NCBI GenBank assembly: GCA_964577055.1
Contig: CAZNWC010000003.1
Coordinates: 175,245-239,244, forward strand
DNA from: an uncultured Chitinophaga sp.
GTDB taxonomy: Bacteria; Bacteroidota; Bacteroidia; UBA7662
Length of the DNA: 64,000 nucleotides
Direction: 5' to 3'
Below, piece after piece: positions 10,687-20,854 of this stretch. Both the position numbers and the translations under genes were made by a program. Each line of letters begins with the position of its first letter. Position 1 is the stretch's first letter. Below the pieces are notes generated by a model. It had not been told where the DNA came from. It saw only the letters and a list, made by a program, of their open reading frames with translations, and did no database searches.

Positions 10687-13600
10687 ATGAATTCTAACAC
10701 TACCCTTTTCCCGAGGGGCAGCACACCTGCATCGGGTAAGAAAACACGCTTCGCGGCGTGGATGGTGGCGTTGCTGCTGATGATTACGGGTTTGACGGCA
10801 CAAGCACAGCTTCCGTCATACACCTTTTCATCCACGGTCGACACCTACACGCCAATTACCGGAGGCACCGTTTTGGGAACAACAACCACAGATGACCAGT
10901 CATTTGTGGATGAAACGGTTCCTGCTGGTGCTACTGGAACAGTTACTGGTGTGGGTTTGCCCATTGGTTTTAACTTTACCTTCAACGGCATCACGTTCGA
11001 CCGTTTTGGTATCAACGCCAATGGCTGGATCTTTTTGGGGCAGTCGGCCTTGACGCCTGCTGTAACCAACATTGGTAACAGTTATGTGCCATTGAGTGTA
11101 GCCAATACATCGACGCCTCCCCAGTTGCGCAGCCGCATTGCAGCATTTGCACGCGACTTGAACGCACAAACGGGTGCTGAATTGCGTTATCAAACCATCG
11201 GTACAGCACCGAACCGCACCTTGGTGGTTCAGTTTACCAATTATCGTCGATACAACCAAACTGGCGATAACCTCAATTTCCAGATTCGTTTGCATGAAGG
11301 AAGCAATAATGTGAGCTTGGTGTATGGCACCATGACTGTATCTGCCGCATCTACTATTGAAGTAGGTTTGGGTGGAGCGAATAATGCCGATTTCTTCAGC
11401 CGTACATCTGCCACTGACTGGGTATCTTCAACCTCGAGCACTATCAATACGGCGACCATGCCTATTTCTGCTACAGTTTTCCCTGCTAGCGGAACTACTT
11501 TCACCTTCGCAGCTCCAACTTGTTTTGTGCCAACCGCCTTGGCAATCGACAGTGTAACCAATACAACTGTTCGTATTAATTGGAGAGCACCATTTTCTGC
11601 TCCGGCTACCAACTATCAGTACGCTGTAACCACAAGCAGTACCCCTCCGGCTTCTGGAACTACTACTAGCGATACCACTGCTGCCATTACTGGTTTAACA
11701 GCCAGCACAGTTTACAATGTATTTGTTCGTTCAAACTGCGGTAGCACCAGCGGATTTTCAAACTGGGCAGGCCCGCTAACTTTCATAACCGGTGGTCCAA
11801 TCAGTTCAGTTGCCAGCGGATTGTGGAGCAACCCTGCTACTTGGGCAGGTGGAGCAGTACCTGGTCCGGCTAGCACTGTAACCATTGGTGCAGCTGATTC
11901 GGTTATTTTAGACGTAAATGCAGCAGTAACATCCTTAACCGTGAATGGTGTGCTTGGCGTAAATGCGGCAGCACAACGTGTATTGACGGTTAATGGCGCA
12001 ACGACTGTAGCTGCTTCGGGTTCCATCAACTTTGGTGTGCCCACAACAGGTACTTCTTTGCGTATCCTCGACTTCAAAGGTGCCTTCAACCATGCAGGTA
12101 CATCGAATTTTGCGAACGGCAATGCTGTTTGGAGCTTCAGTGGAACTACGGCTCAAACTATCAGTTTAGGCGGCACGCTTACAAACAATGCTGTTGGCCA
12201 ATTATTGGCTAACAATGCTGCTGGTTTGACTTTGTCAACACCTTTGACCGTTGGCTTTAACGTTGATCTCATCAACGGTGCCTTCAACATCGGCTCAAAT
12301 CTTACCATTGATTTTGCTGCCACCTCAGGTACCAACTCACAAGTACGTCGTTCACCTCTCGGAAGTTTTGTAGGCACACCTACCATTACTTCTACCGTTT
12401 ACAACGTACAGTATGTATTCTTCACTGGCCAAACATCTGCCATGATTACAGAAGGCACTGAAATACCTGCTTCACGCACGGTGAATGCCTTTACAATCAG
12501 CAACCCCGCAGGTGTAACATTGACTGGTAACCTCACGGTTACTGCTGCTAGCAGTGCCTTGGTGTTGACCAACGGTATCATCAACTTACCAGCTGGCGGT
12601 AAAATCATCAGCACAGCTACTGGTTTTGCTCCAACTGTTGGTAGCAACACCTCATTCATCAATGGTGGTTTGGAAGTGAGCGTATTGACAACCGCCAATA
12701 CCACACGCAACTTCCCAGTTGGTTCGGTAGTTAACGGCGTGGCATCACGCGCTCAAGTGGTTATTGCCAACATCATTACTGGTGCAGGAAATACCCGCCA
12801 AATTACTGTAATGCCTGTAGGCGCTCCATCTGGCTCAGGCGTAGCTCCCGTTACAACGCCAATGGGTCCTCGTGCTTTCGAAATTACAGCCACAGGCTCT
12901 TTGGGTACAGGTACAACTGTAGCCCTCAACTGGCAAGCTGATGATGCAGCTGGCTTCTTTAGCACATTAGCAAACATCCGCGTGGTTCAGGCACCAGCTT
13001 TGAATGGCCCATGGACTGCCAGAAGTGCGACCTCTACCGCTGGTAGTTTAACTGGTACAGGTACACGTACTACAACCGCTGTGAATCCATTCACAAACGG
13101 TGCTTTCTTCGCTTGGGGTACCACAGGTGTAGCTGAATTATCGATAGTTGGTTTGGCTGGCCCGAACATGCAGGCTCCTTGTTTGACTGCCAATGAAGTA
13201 ATCAGAGCGGTGGTTCGCAACACCGGTGGAGGAACAGTTGATTACAGCACGAACAACCTCGTGATGAACGCTACTGTTACCACTCCTTCGGGTACCGTAA
13301 TTAACTTGACGCCTGTAACCAGGAACACAGGTTCGTTAGCGGCAAATACCAATGATACCATAACCTTTGCTACTTCGGTGAATATGGTAGCGCAAGGTAA
13401 GTATGCGCTGGAAATTCGCATGGATTCTTTGGCAGGACAGGTTCGTACCGATGATACTTTGCGTACCAATATCCGTTCGCACCAAGTGAATGCAGTTGCA
13501 GTGCCAGGTCAAATCATCACCGGTCAATCTGCAACGGTACGTGTAACTTCTTCTGAGCGCATGCGCATTACCGAATACACCCAGTTCTTTGGTGGTACCG

Positions 13601-16600
13601 GTCAAACACCTGTATATCCTTCTTTTGTAACAAGCAATACGTCAGATCCTGATTTGTTGGAAATGACCAACTTAGGCAGTCTCCCTGCCGATTTGTCGGG
13701 TCACAAACTGGATGTATATGGCGTTGGTGCACGTACTTACACTTTCCCACAGGGCACAATTGTTCCTCCATTTGCCGTTGTAGTGATTCACGTTGGAACA
13801 GGTACTGACCAGCCTCAAAATAATTTCTACAATACAGGTGGTGCAAACGGTACCATTTCTTCTACCTCGCAGACTGGTTATGTTTTACGTGACACAGCTG
13901 GAGCTATCATTGATGCAGTTGCTACAAACGGATTTGCTTTCCCTGCATCAGCCAATGTAAGTGGTGCTGACTGGTCGGGTAGTATTCCCAACTCATCGGC
14001 TGGTGGTTCATTGCTTTCTGCCGATGTGAATCGTTCTTCGTCTTGGGTAGTGGCAACTGCTGCTGCGCCACAAACCATGGGTTCACTCAACCCAGGTTTG
14101 GTACCAGATACTGCAACTGTTAGCTGGGCTGGTCCTGGTGGCTTCACTGCTTCAACCGTTTCGGCAAGCACAGGTGTACGCAATACAGCAGCTACCGAAA
14201 ACTACACTGCTACCGTATCTTATGGCAGCTGTGTAAAAACTTCTGTTGCAAGCTTGAGCGTGGTGCTTCCTATTCCTCCAATAGCTGGATTTACAGTAAG
14301 TGCTGATTCAGCGACTACTGGTGGTATTGTGAGCACAATCACCCTCACCGATACTTCGTTGAATATTCCATTCACACGTCGTTGGACCATTACGCCTAAC
14401 ACCTTCCAGTATGTGAACAATACCAACGATAGCAGCATCGCGCCTCAGGTTCGTTTCAATGCAGTTGGTTCTTACAATGTGAAGTTGTTTGTTTCTAACC
14501 CTGCAGGTGCTGACTCATTGACTCGGAACAATGCCGTAGTGGTTACTTTGGCGTATTGTGCTTCTAATGCAACTAACTCCGCTGATACCAAAATCGACAG
14601 TGTGGTAATTGGTAACACCATCACCGGTTCTGCTCAAGCAACTTGTGAAACTTACACCAATTACACCAATTTAGGTGTGGCAGGTATCATGGTGAAGGGT
14701 CAAGCTAACCTCATTCAGGTGAAGAGTGGTTATTGCGGCTCATCGTCATATGGTTCTTTGGGTAAGGTATTCGTTGATGCCAATAAAAATGGCTTGTTTG
14801 AAGCCAATGAAGAAGCTGCCACTTTTGGTCCTTTGGCTGCAACTGGTAGCGGTGCTGCCCGTGAGTGGTTCAATGTGAACTTGTATGTAAACGGCGCAGC
14901 CGATACAGGTGTAACCCGCATGCGCATCATTTGGCAGGAAGCAACCACACTTTCTGAAGTTCAGGGTTGTGGCACTTATGCCTACGGTGAAACCGAAGAT
15001 TACAACATCCGTTTGGTGAATCCTACTGTTGCTGCTCAGCCATTCTTGGTAGCTCCTGCTAACAATGTTCTTTTGAATGTCAATGGACCTGCGTCTTCTA
15101 CAGCAGCGATCAACTGGCGTCCAGCTATGCCGTTCAATGGTACCGCTCAGTCAGCTGTTCGTTATACCTGGCAATTGGCCAGCCGCGCTGCTGGTAACTT
15201 CAATGCGCCACTTTTGTCGCTTGCTTCTAACAACGCCGGTGCTGACACTGCTTTGGTGTTGAACTTCCAGCAATTGGATGCTGCTTTGGCAGGCTTGAGT
15301 GTTGCTGTGGGTGATACTGTAAAAGGTATGTGGAGAGTCCGCGCTGTTGTAGGTAGCGATACTGTTTATTCTTTCCAAACCTGGAACATCGACATCCGCC
15401 GTGGTACTGTAACCGATGCACTTGCGGCATTCAACTTGTTGGCACCTGCCAATGGTACGGTATTGCCAGTAGCTGGTCCTGGATCACAATCGGTGAACAT
15501 TTCTTGGAATCGTTCGATTGAAGGCAACAACAATCCGGTTACCTATCAGTGGTTAGCTGTTGCTCCTGGCGGTAACTTCAACACGCCAATTGTTTCATTG
15601 GACGCGAATAACAACGGTGCCGATACCGTACTTACTTTGACCTATGCGCAAATTGACGCTTTGTTGGCAAGTTTGAACTTCAACGTAGGTGACTCTGCCA
15701 TCCTTGATTGGACTGTGCGTGCTACTTCAGGCAGCTTCAATCGTTTGGCTGTTCAAACATGGCGTGTGCGCTTGTTCCGTGGAGGTATTGCTCCATTGCG
15801 TTTGGCAGTTGCTCCTGTAGGAACAACCACCACACAGGTGCGCGCCCCGAATGGTTTGAATACCCACACCTTCCTGCGTGCAGCTACTTTTGTTCCTGCC
15901 TCTGAGTTGGCAGCTGCAGGTATCGATAGCGGTGAGTCTATCGTAAACCTTGCGTTCCGTTTGACTGCTGGTGCAAGTGTACCTAACAAGGGTCGCTTTA
16001 CCCTCTACCTTGGAAACGGCCAGAATACAACCTACAGTCGCGGTACTGCTTGGACTGGCGCCATCAATGGCCTCGCTGTAGCATATGATGATTCATTGTC
16101 ACTTCGTACTGCAGCTGGTTTGATGACCTTGCAATTGTCGCAGCCATTTGTTTACACGGGTGGATCTATTGAGATTGCTTATGATTGGGCAGCAGTTGCT
16201 CCTTTCGCAGTATCTCCTGGCATCGCTACTTATGCTGCTAATAGTGCTATTGGTGGCAGTTTGGTTTCGGCAGCGTCTGCAACGGCAGTTCCAACCACTT
16301 TGGGAGCAACGGCTTTCCGTCCTGAATTCGTTTGGGGTGTTGATGACCGCAAAGCCAACGAAGTGGAAGTTATTACCATGTTTGCAAAAGGTAGAAATCC
16401 ACGTCAATGGGGTGCTCCTGAAGTTGTTCAGGCAATCGTTCGAAACAACGGTTATCAAACACGCAACAACTTGGGTGTAACTTTGAATGTAACCGGAGCG
16501 AATACTTTCACCAACACACAGACTGTTGCTGCCTTGGGTATTGACTCGGTTGCTACTGTAAACTTTGCCAACTTCTCCGGAACCGCACTTGGCTTCAATA

Positions 16601-17796
16601 ACATGACCGTTAGCGTGCCTAACGACGATGTTAATGCCAACAACAGCAAGAACTGGGTTCAACAGCAAACCGATAGCATCTACAGCTACAACGACTCGTC
16701 ATTGACTGGTTTGGGTGGTGTAGGTTACAATACCGGTTCAGGTTTGTTGCTCACACGTTACACTGTAACCGGTCAGCGCTCAATCCGCGCTGCGCGCATG
16801 CGTATTTCTAATACTGCTGCTATCATTGGCAACGGTTTGTACGCTGTGGTGTTGAACGACTCAGGTGTGATTTTGGCTCAGTCGGCTCCACGTGTGATTG
16901 CTGCAGCCGATACCAACCAGTGGGTTATCTTCAGCTTCCCGAATCCGGTGAACATCAACAATGGTAACTTCTACATCGGTATGGCACAGCCTGCCAATGC
17001 TACTACTGGTTACTTCCCAATGGCTTTCCAAACTGAAAACCCAACACGTGCCAATGCATATTACACTGCTGCCTTGAATGGTACAGGTTTGGCTCAAGTT
17101 GCAGGATTCCGTTTGATGATCGAAGCTCACGTGGGTGCTCCGGTGATTCCGGTTGACAGTTTGTCACGCTTTAGTTTGGTTGCCCCAGGAAACAACACCG
17201 TTGTGAACCTCCAAGGCGATCCCGCACAAACCGTGAACATCCGTTGGAACCAGTCGCGCCGTTCGGTTGGTACGACCCCTGTTACTTACCAGTGGTTGCT
17301 CGACTTGCCTGGTACCACTTTCACGAACCCTGTGGTTCGTGTGAATGCCGGTACTGACACCTCGATTACCTTCACATATGGACAAATTGTTGATACCCTC
17401 GCTGCCAAAGGCATCGCAGTGGGCGCAGGCTTCGTAGGTCGTTGGAGTGTACGTGCTACGAGCGATTCGTTGAGCCGTTTGGCTACCCTGCCATTCAACC
17501 TCACGTTGAACCGTGGTGTGATGACTTCTATCGAAGAGACCGACTTCAGCAAGTCAATTGTGATCTATCCAAACCCAGCTGCTTACACTGCCAAGTTGCA
17601 GGTAACTGGTTCTGACAAGGATTTGGCTATCACGGTTGTGAATGCTGTAGGTCAGGAAATGAAGAAGTTCACCGTGAACAGTGGTGTTCGCAATGAAATC
17701 GAAATTGATCTCGCTAATCTCAATGAAGGTCTGTATTTCGTACGCATCAGCAACGGAAGCAATATGGCCATCAAGCGTCTGATGATTCAGCGCTAA
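10687..17796 (+). CDS. giant T9SS-secreted cell-surface protein (beta-helix-like N-region, lamin-tail domain, three ~120-aa repeats, Por C-terminal sorting domain)
   Basis: The 2369-aa protein is rich in T/S/G/N/A. It has a signal peptide (MVALLLMITGLTAQAQ). The C-terminus SIVIYPNPAAYTAKLQV...GLYFVRISNGSNMAIKRLMIQR is a typical T9SS CTD. An LTD-like segment lies at ~13564-13935. Internal triplicate repeats are described separately. Confidence 0.85.
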   Translation: MNSNTTLFPRGSTPASGKKTRFAAWMVALLLMITGLTAQAQLPSYTFSSTVDTYTPITGGTVLGTTTTDDQSFVDETVPAGATGTVTGVGLPIGFNFTFNGITFDRFGINANGWIFLGQSALTPAVTNIGNSYVPLSVANTSTPPQLRSRIAAFARDLNAQTGAELRYQTIGTAPNRTLVVQFTNYRRYNQTGDNLNFQIRLHEGSNNVSLVYGTMTVSAASTIEVGLGGANNADFFSRTSATDWVSSTSSTINTATMPISATVFPASGTTFTFAAPTCFVPTALAIDSVTNTTVRINWRAPFSAPATNYQYAVTTSSTPPASGTTTSDTTAAITGLTASTVYNVFVRSNCGSTSGFSNWAGPLTFITGGPISSVASGLWSNPATWAGGAVPGPASTVTIGAADSVILDVNAAVTSLTVNGVLGVNAAAQRVLTVNGATTVAASGSINFGVPTTGTSLRILDFKGAFNHAGTSNFANGNAVWSFSGTTAQTISLGGTLTNNAVGQLLANNAAGLTLSTPLTVGFNVDLINGAFNIGSNLTIDFAATSGTNSQVRRSPLGSFVGTPTITSTVYNVQYVFFTGQTSAMITEGTEIPASRTVNAFTISNPAGVTLTGNLTVTAASSALVLTNGIINLPAGGKIISTATGFAPTVGSNTSFINGGLEVSVLTTANTTRNFPVGSVVNGVASRAQVVIANIITGAGNTRQITVMPVGAPSGSGVAPVTTPMGPRAFEITATGSLGTGTTVALNWQADDAAGFFSTLANIRVVQAPALNGPWTARSATSTAGSLTGTGTRTTTAVNPFTNGAFFAWGTTGVAELSIVGLAGPNMQAPCLTANEVIRAVVRNTGGGTVDYSTNNLVMNATVTTPSGTVINLTPVTRNTGSLAANTNDTITFATSVNMVAQGKYALEIRMDSLAGQVRTDDTLRTNIRSHQVNAVAVPGQIITGQSATVRVTSSERMRITEYTQFFGGTGQTPVYPSFVTSNTSDPDLLEMTNLGSLPADLSGHKLDVYGVGARTYTFPQGTIVPPFAVVVIHVGTGTDQPQNNFYNTGGANGTISSTSQTGYVLRDTAGAIIDAVATNGFAFPASANVSGADWSGSIPNSSAGGSLLSADVNRSSSWVVATAAAPQTMGSLNPGLVPDTATVSWAGPGGFTASTVSASTGVRNTAATENYTATVSYGSCVKTSVASLSVVLPIPPIAGFTVSADSATTGGIVSTITLTDTSLNIPFTRRWTITPNTFQYVNNTNDSSIAPQVRFNAVGSYNVKLFVSNPAGADSLTRNNAVVVTLAYCASNATNSADTKIDSVVIGNTITGSAQATCETYTNYTNLGVAGIMVKGQANLIQVKSGYCGSSSYGSLGKVFVDANKNGLFEANEEAATFGPLAATGSGAAREWFNVNLYVNGAADTGVTRMRIIWQEATTLSEVQGCGTYAYGETEDYNIRLVNPTVAAQPFLVAPANNVLLNVNGPASSTAAINWRPAMPFNGTAQSAVRYTWQLASRAAGNFNAPLLSLASNNAGADTALVLNFQQLDAALAGLSVAVGDTVKGMWRVRAVVGSDTVYSFQTWNIDIRRGTVTDALAAFNLLAPANGTVLPVAGPGSQSVNISWNRSIEGNNNPVTYQWLAVAPGGNFNTPIVSLDANNNGADTVLTLTYAQIDALLASLNFNVGDSAILDWTVRATSGSFNRLAVQTWRVRLFRGGIAPLRLAVAPVGTTTTQVRAPNGLNTHTFLRAATFVPASELAAAGIDSGESIVNLAFRLTAGASVPNKGRFTLYLGNGQNTTYSRGTAWTGAINGLAVAYDDSLSLRTAAGLMTLQLSQPFVYTGGSIEIAYDWAAVAPFAVSPGIATYAANSAIGGSLVSAASATAVPTTLGATAFRPEFVWGVDDRKANEVEVITMFAKGRNPRQWGAPEVVQAIVRNNGYQTRNNLGVTLNVTGANTFTNTQTVAALGIDSVATVNFANFSGTALGFNNMTVSVPNDDVNANNSKNWVQQQTDSIYSYNDSSLTGLGGVGYNTGSGLLLTRYTVTGQRSIRAARMRISNTAAIIGNGLYAVVLNDSGVILAQSAPRVIAAADTNQWVIFSFPNPVNINNGNFYIGMAQPANATTGYFPMAFQTENPTRANAYYTAALNGTGLAQVAGFRLMIEAHVGAPVIPVDSLSRFSLVAPGNNTVVNLQGDPAQTVNIRWNQSRRSVGTTPVTYQWLLDLPGTTFTNPVVRVNAGTDTSITFTYGQIVDTLAAKGIAVGAGFVGRWSVRATSDSLSRLATLPFNLTLNRGVMTSIEETDFSKSIVIYPNPAAYTAKLQVTGSDKDLAITVVNAVGQEMKKFTVNSGVRNEIEIDLANLNEGLYFVRISNGSNMAIKRLMIQR
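15040..15400 (+). repeat. intragenic protein-domain repeat copy 1 (~120 aa) of the giant T9SS protein
   Basis: PFLVAPANNVLLNVNG...AVRYTWQLAS...FNAPLLSLASNNAGADTALVLNFQQLDAALAGLSVAVGDTVKGMWRVRAVVGSDTVYSFQTWNIDIRRG. Confidence 0.7.
15421..15786 (+). repeat. intragenic protein-domain repeat copy 2
   Basis: AFNLLAPANGTVLPVAGPGSQSVNISWNRS...PVTYQWLAVAPGGNFNTPIVSLDANNNGADTVLTLTYAQIDALLASLNFNVGDSAILDWTVRATSGSFNRLAVQTWRVRLFRG aligns with copy 1. Confidence 0.7.
17166..17517 (+). repeat. intragenic protein-domain repeat copy 3
   Basis: RFSLVAPGNNTVVNLQGDPAQTVNIRWNQS...PVTYQWLLDLPGTTFTNPVVRVNAGTDTSITFTYGQIVDTLAAKGIAVGAGFVGRWSVRATSDSLSRLATLPFNLTLNRG aligns with copies 1 and 2. Confidence 0.7.
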
Positions 17797-17819
17797 TGTG
17801 AATTGAGACAACTCAACGG

Positions 17820-17853
17820 TCCCCCGCTTCGCAAGGAGCGGGGGATTTTTTTT
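17820..17853 (+). terminator. rho-independent terminator of the giant T9SS gene
   Basis: A hairpin CCCCCGCT-tcgcaagg-AGCGGGGG is followed by ATTTTTTTT. Confidence 0.8.
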
Positions 17854-17908
17854 GGCATGAAGTGCAGGTTAATGCATACGCAGCGACTTGGTTCAACGCT
17901 GTTTGGGT

Positions 17909-17943
17909 GCAAAAAAACCCAGGCCTTTGCTGACCTGGGTTGC
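17909..17943 (-). terminator. rho-independent terminator of bcp (minus strand)
   Basis: An 8-bp perfect stem AACCCAGG/CCTGGGTT has a 10-nt loop. On the minus strand it is followed by TTTTTTT (the A7 run at 17911-17917 on plus). Confidence 0.75.
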
Positions 17944-17962
17944 ACAAACAATGGCAAATGGC

Positions 17963-18412
17963 TCAGAGGATCTGCGCCGTATGGTCTTTGGTATTTACTT
18001 TTTCAATGATCTTTTCGATGTTGCCTTGGCCATCGATGATGAAGGTTACGCGATCGGTACCCATGTATTTGCGACCATACATGCTTTTTTCGATCCAGGT
18101 GCCATAGGCCTCGTGAACACTTTTGTCTTCGTCGGCCAATAGATCAAAAGGCAAGCTGTATTTGTTGGCAAATTTGTCGTGCGATTTCACGCTGTCGGAA
18201 CTCACACCAATTACCACGTAGCCAGCGGCTAACAAGGCGCTGTGGTTGTCGCGCAGGTTGCAGGCTTCGGTTGTACAGCCGGGGGTGTCGTCTTTGGGGT
18301 AAAAGTAAAGGGCTATCTTTTTGCCGCTGAATTGGTCTAGGCTGATGGTTTCGCCTTTTTGGTTTTTGCCGCTGAAGTGCGGGGCTTTGTCGCCTGCTTG
18401 TGGTCTGCTCAT
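17963..18412 (-). CDS. bcp: thioredoxin-dependent thiol peroxidase (peroxiredoxin Bcp)
   Basis: FYPKDDTPGCTTEACNLRD contains the peroxidatic Cys, with a resolving Cys motif. The length (~150 aa) fits. Confidence 0.9.
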   Translation of the reverse strand: MSRPQAGDKAPHFSGKNQKGETISLDQFSGKKIALYFYPKDDTPGCTTEACNLRDNHSALLAAGYVVIGVSSDSVKSHDKFANKYSLPFDLLADEDKSVHEAYGTWIEKSMYGRKYMGTDRVTFIIDGQGNIEKIIEKVNTKDHTAQIL

Positions 18413-20139
18413 ATGCTGTTTATTTCGGTTTGGAATGTGGTTTCGTTGCCCACAGCATCTTTAACAACCAAACGGAGGATAAGATTTCCTTTGGGGCTAT
18501 TTTCACCGAAGGTATAGGAAAGAGTTGCTGTTTTACCATCGAAAATTGCCTTTTGCCAGCTGTCACCGAGGTAAAGGTTGTATGACTGCAAACCAGAAAG
18601 ATTGTCGGAAATTACAAAACGAATTTGCTGCCCTTTGCTGTAGGTGCCATTTGGCCGAATAGCTGTTGCCTTTATGACGGGTTTAATGGTGTCGATGGCA
18701 AGGTAAAAATCGCCTAAACCACGCACTTTCGATCGATACCAAGGACCATCCCATTTACCTGTTGTGGCGCTACGGCCTTTGCTGATGTTGATGTTCACCA
18801 AAACGGTTTTGCTTCTGAGGCTGTCTACCAATCCAGTATGTTTGATGGCAAGGTCATAAGAGGCATGCACAGGAATGCCGGGATGATGCAAGCTGTGAAC
18901 CGATGAAAACATGGCGTAAGGCTTAATGCTTCGGCGATAAACAAAATGCAAGGTGTCGTACAAATTTTTCGCCGGCATGTTTAGCTGTACCTCGTCGTTT
19001 TGCCATTGCCAAACCTTTGTGGGTATTACCGTTTCTATGGCGTCGTTTTGCCGTTCCTGGAGCCCGGCCATTGTTCCTGCCGCGCCTCTAAGGTTTACTT
19101 GTGCAGTAGCACTGTTACCATCGAAATCACTGACGATTAGCTCAAAGCCTTTTTCTTCTCCGGCTTTGAGTTCTATCAAGCCAAAAGGCAAATGCATAGG
19201 AAGCATGCTCAGGAAGTTGCCCGACGACCTGAAGCACCGATAAATTTGCTCTTTTTGAAGCATTTTGGCCTCATAGTCCATCACAGCATTGGCATATCGG
19301 GTTTCATCAAATTCGAAACGATCGGCCTTGAATTGATACAAGGTGTCGCTACCGCTGCGCATGATGATTTGGTACAGCCCGTTGCGGAATTCGTTGCCGG
19401 TGTGTTTGTCCCAGCTTTTGAGTTGTAGGTACACGGGTCCGTGTACTTCGGGGGTGCTAGTAGCCTTATACAAATTGCCATTTGATCGCTGTAGTGCTAT
19501 TTTACGAGGCAATCGTGAGCCATTGACCTGCGCTTGTTCAGTGTAAGGTACAATCTCTATAAAATCGATTACGGGCGCCACCTGGTCGGCCACTTTGAAC
19601 CCGAAATGACGGGGATTAATAACCGCCTCGGTTTTGGTATCGCGCACTTCAAAATGTAAATGAGGGCCACCACTGCCGCCCGTATTGCCACTGAAAGCGA
19701 TGCGTTGTCCTTTGGTAACAGGGAGCTCGCCAGGAAAGAGGGCAATATCTAACTCAAATGATTTCTTATCGTAATGCTTTTTCTCTACCCATTCGGCAAT
19801 CGGACTGTCGAAATTGCGCAGATGGGCATATACCGTTGTGTAACCGTTGGGATGGTCGATGTACACGGCATTGCCGTAGCCGTAAGCCGAAACCTTGATG
19901 CGGCTCACATGCCCCTCCGCTGCGGCATAAACCGAAAGTCCTTCTACCGAATTGGTTCGGATATCGAGGCCGCTGTGGAAGTGGTTGGTTCGCAGCTCTC
20001 CGAATGTTCCCGAAAGTTTCAAGGGTATGTCGAGCGGCGAGCGGAAGTAGTTGGTTGGGTAGTTTTGGGCCGCCACCATCAACTGCATGCCACAAAGCCC
20101 GATGGTGAGGCATCGGGCGAGTAGGGTTGCTTTTTGCAT
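18409..20139 (-). CDS. secreted M23-family metallopeptidase (LytM-like)
   Basis: A signal peptide is present (MQKATLLARCLTIGLCGMQLMVAAQ). The M23 motifs are HFHSGLDIR and GNTGGSGGPHLHFEVRD. The stop overlaps the bcp start. Confidence 0.85.
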   Translation of the reverse strand: MQKATLLARCLTIGLCGMQLMVAAQNYPTNYFRSPLDIPLKLSGTFGELRTNHFHSGLDIRTNSVEGLSVYAAAEGHVSRIKVSAYGYGNAVYIDHPNGYTTVYAHLRNFDSPIAEWVEKKHYDKKSFELDIALFPGELPVTKGQRIAFSGNTGGSGGPHLHFEVRDTKTEAVINPRHFGFKVADQVAPVIDFIEIVPYTEQAQVNGSRLPRKIALQRSNGNLYKATSTPEVHGPVYLQLKSWDKHTGNEFRNGLYQIIMRSGSDTLYQFKADRFEFDETRYANAVMDYEAKMLQKEQIYRCFRSSGNFLSMLPMHLPFGLIELKAGEEKGFELIVSDFDGNSATAQVNLRGAAGTMAGLQERQNDAIETVIPTKVWQWQNDEVQLNMPAKNLYDTLHFVYRRSIKPYAMFSSVHSLHHPGIPVHASYDLAIKHTGLVDSLRSKTVLVNINISKGRSATTGKWDGPWYRSKVRGLGDFYLAIDTIKPVIKATAIRPNGTYSKGQQIRFVISDNLSGLQSYNLYLGDSWQKAIFDGKTATLSYTFGENSPKGNLILRLVVKDAVGNETTFQTEINSI

Positions 20140-20140
20140 A

Positions 20141-20854
20141 TTAAAAATTCGGGCTGAGAACGTACTTGCTGTAGAAGTCTTCGATGTGGTCGACGGCTTC
20201 GTCGGCCGTATCCACGATTTTCAAGAGGTCGAGGTCATCGATGTTGATGTTGCGTTCCACTTCGTGCATGGTGGCTTTGATCCAGTCGATGAGGCCTTGC
20301 CAATAACTGCTTCCTACCAAAACAATCGGGAATTTCCCAATTTTGCGCGTCTGGATGAGTGTTAAGGCTTCGAAAAGTTCGTCCATGGTGCCAAATCCGC
20401 CCGGCAATACGATAAATCCTTGTGCATATTTGATGAACATGAGCTTGCGCACGAAGAAATAGTCGAAATTGATGAGCTTGTCGCCATCGATGTAGGGATT
20501 GCTGAATTGCTCGAAGGGCAGGTCGATGTTCAAGCCTACCGATTTGCCTCCCGCTAGTTTGGCGCCTTTGTTGCCTGCTTCCATGATGCCCGGACCACCA
20601 CCTGTGATAACGCCATAGCCCCGCTCGGTGAGCTTTCGGCCTATTTCTTCGGCCAGCAAATAGTATTTGTTGTCGGGCTTGGTGCGTGCCGAACCAAAAA
20701 TGGATACGCATGGGCCAATGCGCGAAAGCTTTTCGAAGCCTTCTACAAATTCGGCAATGATTTTAAATATCTGCCACGATGAAGCGGCTTTAATTTCCGT
20801 CCAGCTCTTTTGTTCAAAAGCACCGCGGATCAATTCTTCTTTGTCGTTACTCAT
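20141..20854 (-). CDS. LOG-family protein (cytokinin riboside 5'-monophosphate phosphoribohydrolase-like, TIGR00730)
   Basis: The motifs GGGPGIMEAGNKGA and PGGFGTMDELFEALTLIQT are present. The probable start is the ATG at 20854, in an ATGA overlap with the upstream symporter stop. Confidence 0.85.
   Translation of the reverse strand: MSNDKEELIRGAFEQKSWTEIKAASSWQIFKIIAEFVEGFEKLSRIGPCVSIFGSARTKPDNKYYLLAEEIGRKLTERGYGVITGGGPGIMEAGNKGAKLAGGKSVGLNIDLPFEQFSNPYIDGDKLINFDYFFVRKLMFIKYAQGFIVLPGGFGTMDELFEALTLIQTRKIGKFPIVLVGSSYWQGLIDWIKATMHEVERNINIDDLDLLKIVDTADEAVDHIEDFYSKYVLSPNF

Noticed and set aside
10845-17811. Dozens of 60-190-aa ORFs on the minus strand (and in off-frames) inside the giant T9SS gene
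   Set aside because: They are antisense or alternate-frame ORFs in GC-rich, repeat-rich coding DNA. The plus-strand 2369-aa ORF with signal peptide and T9SS CTD explains the region. No independent start context or conservation signal is visible.
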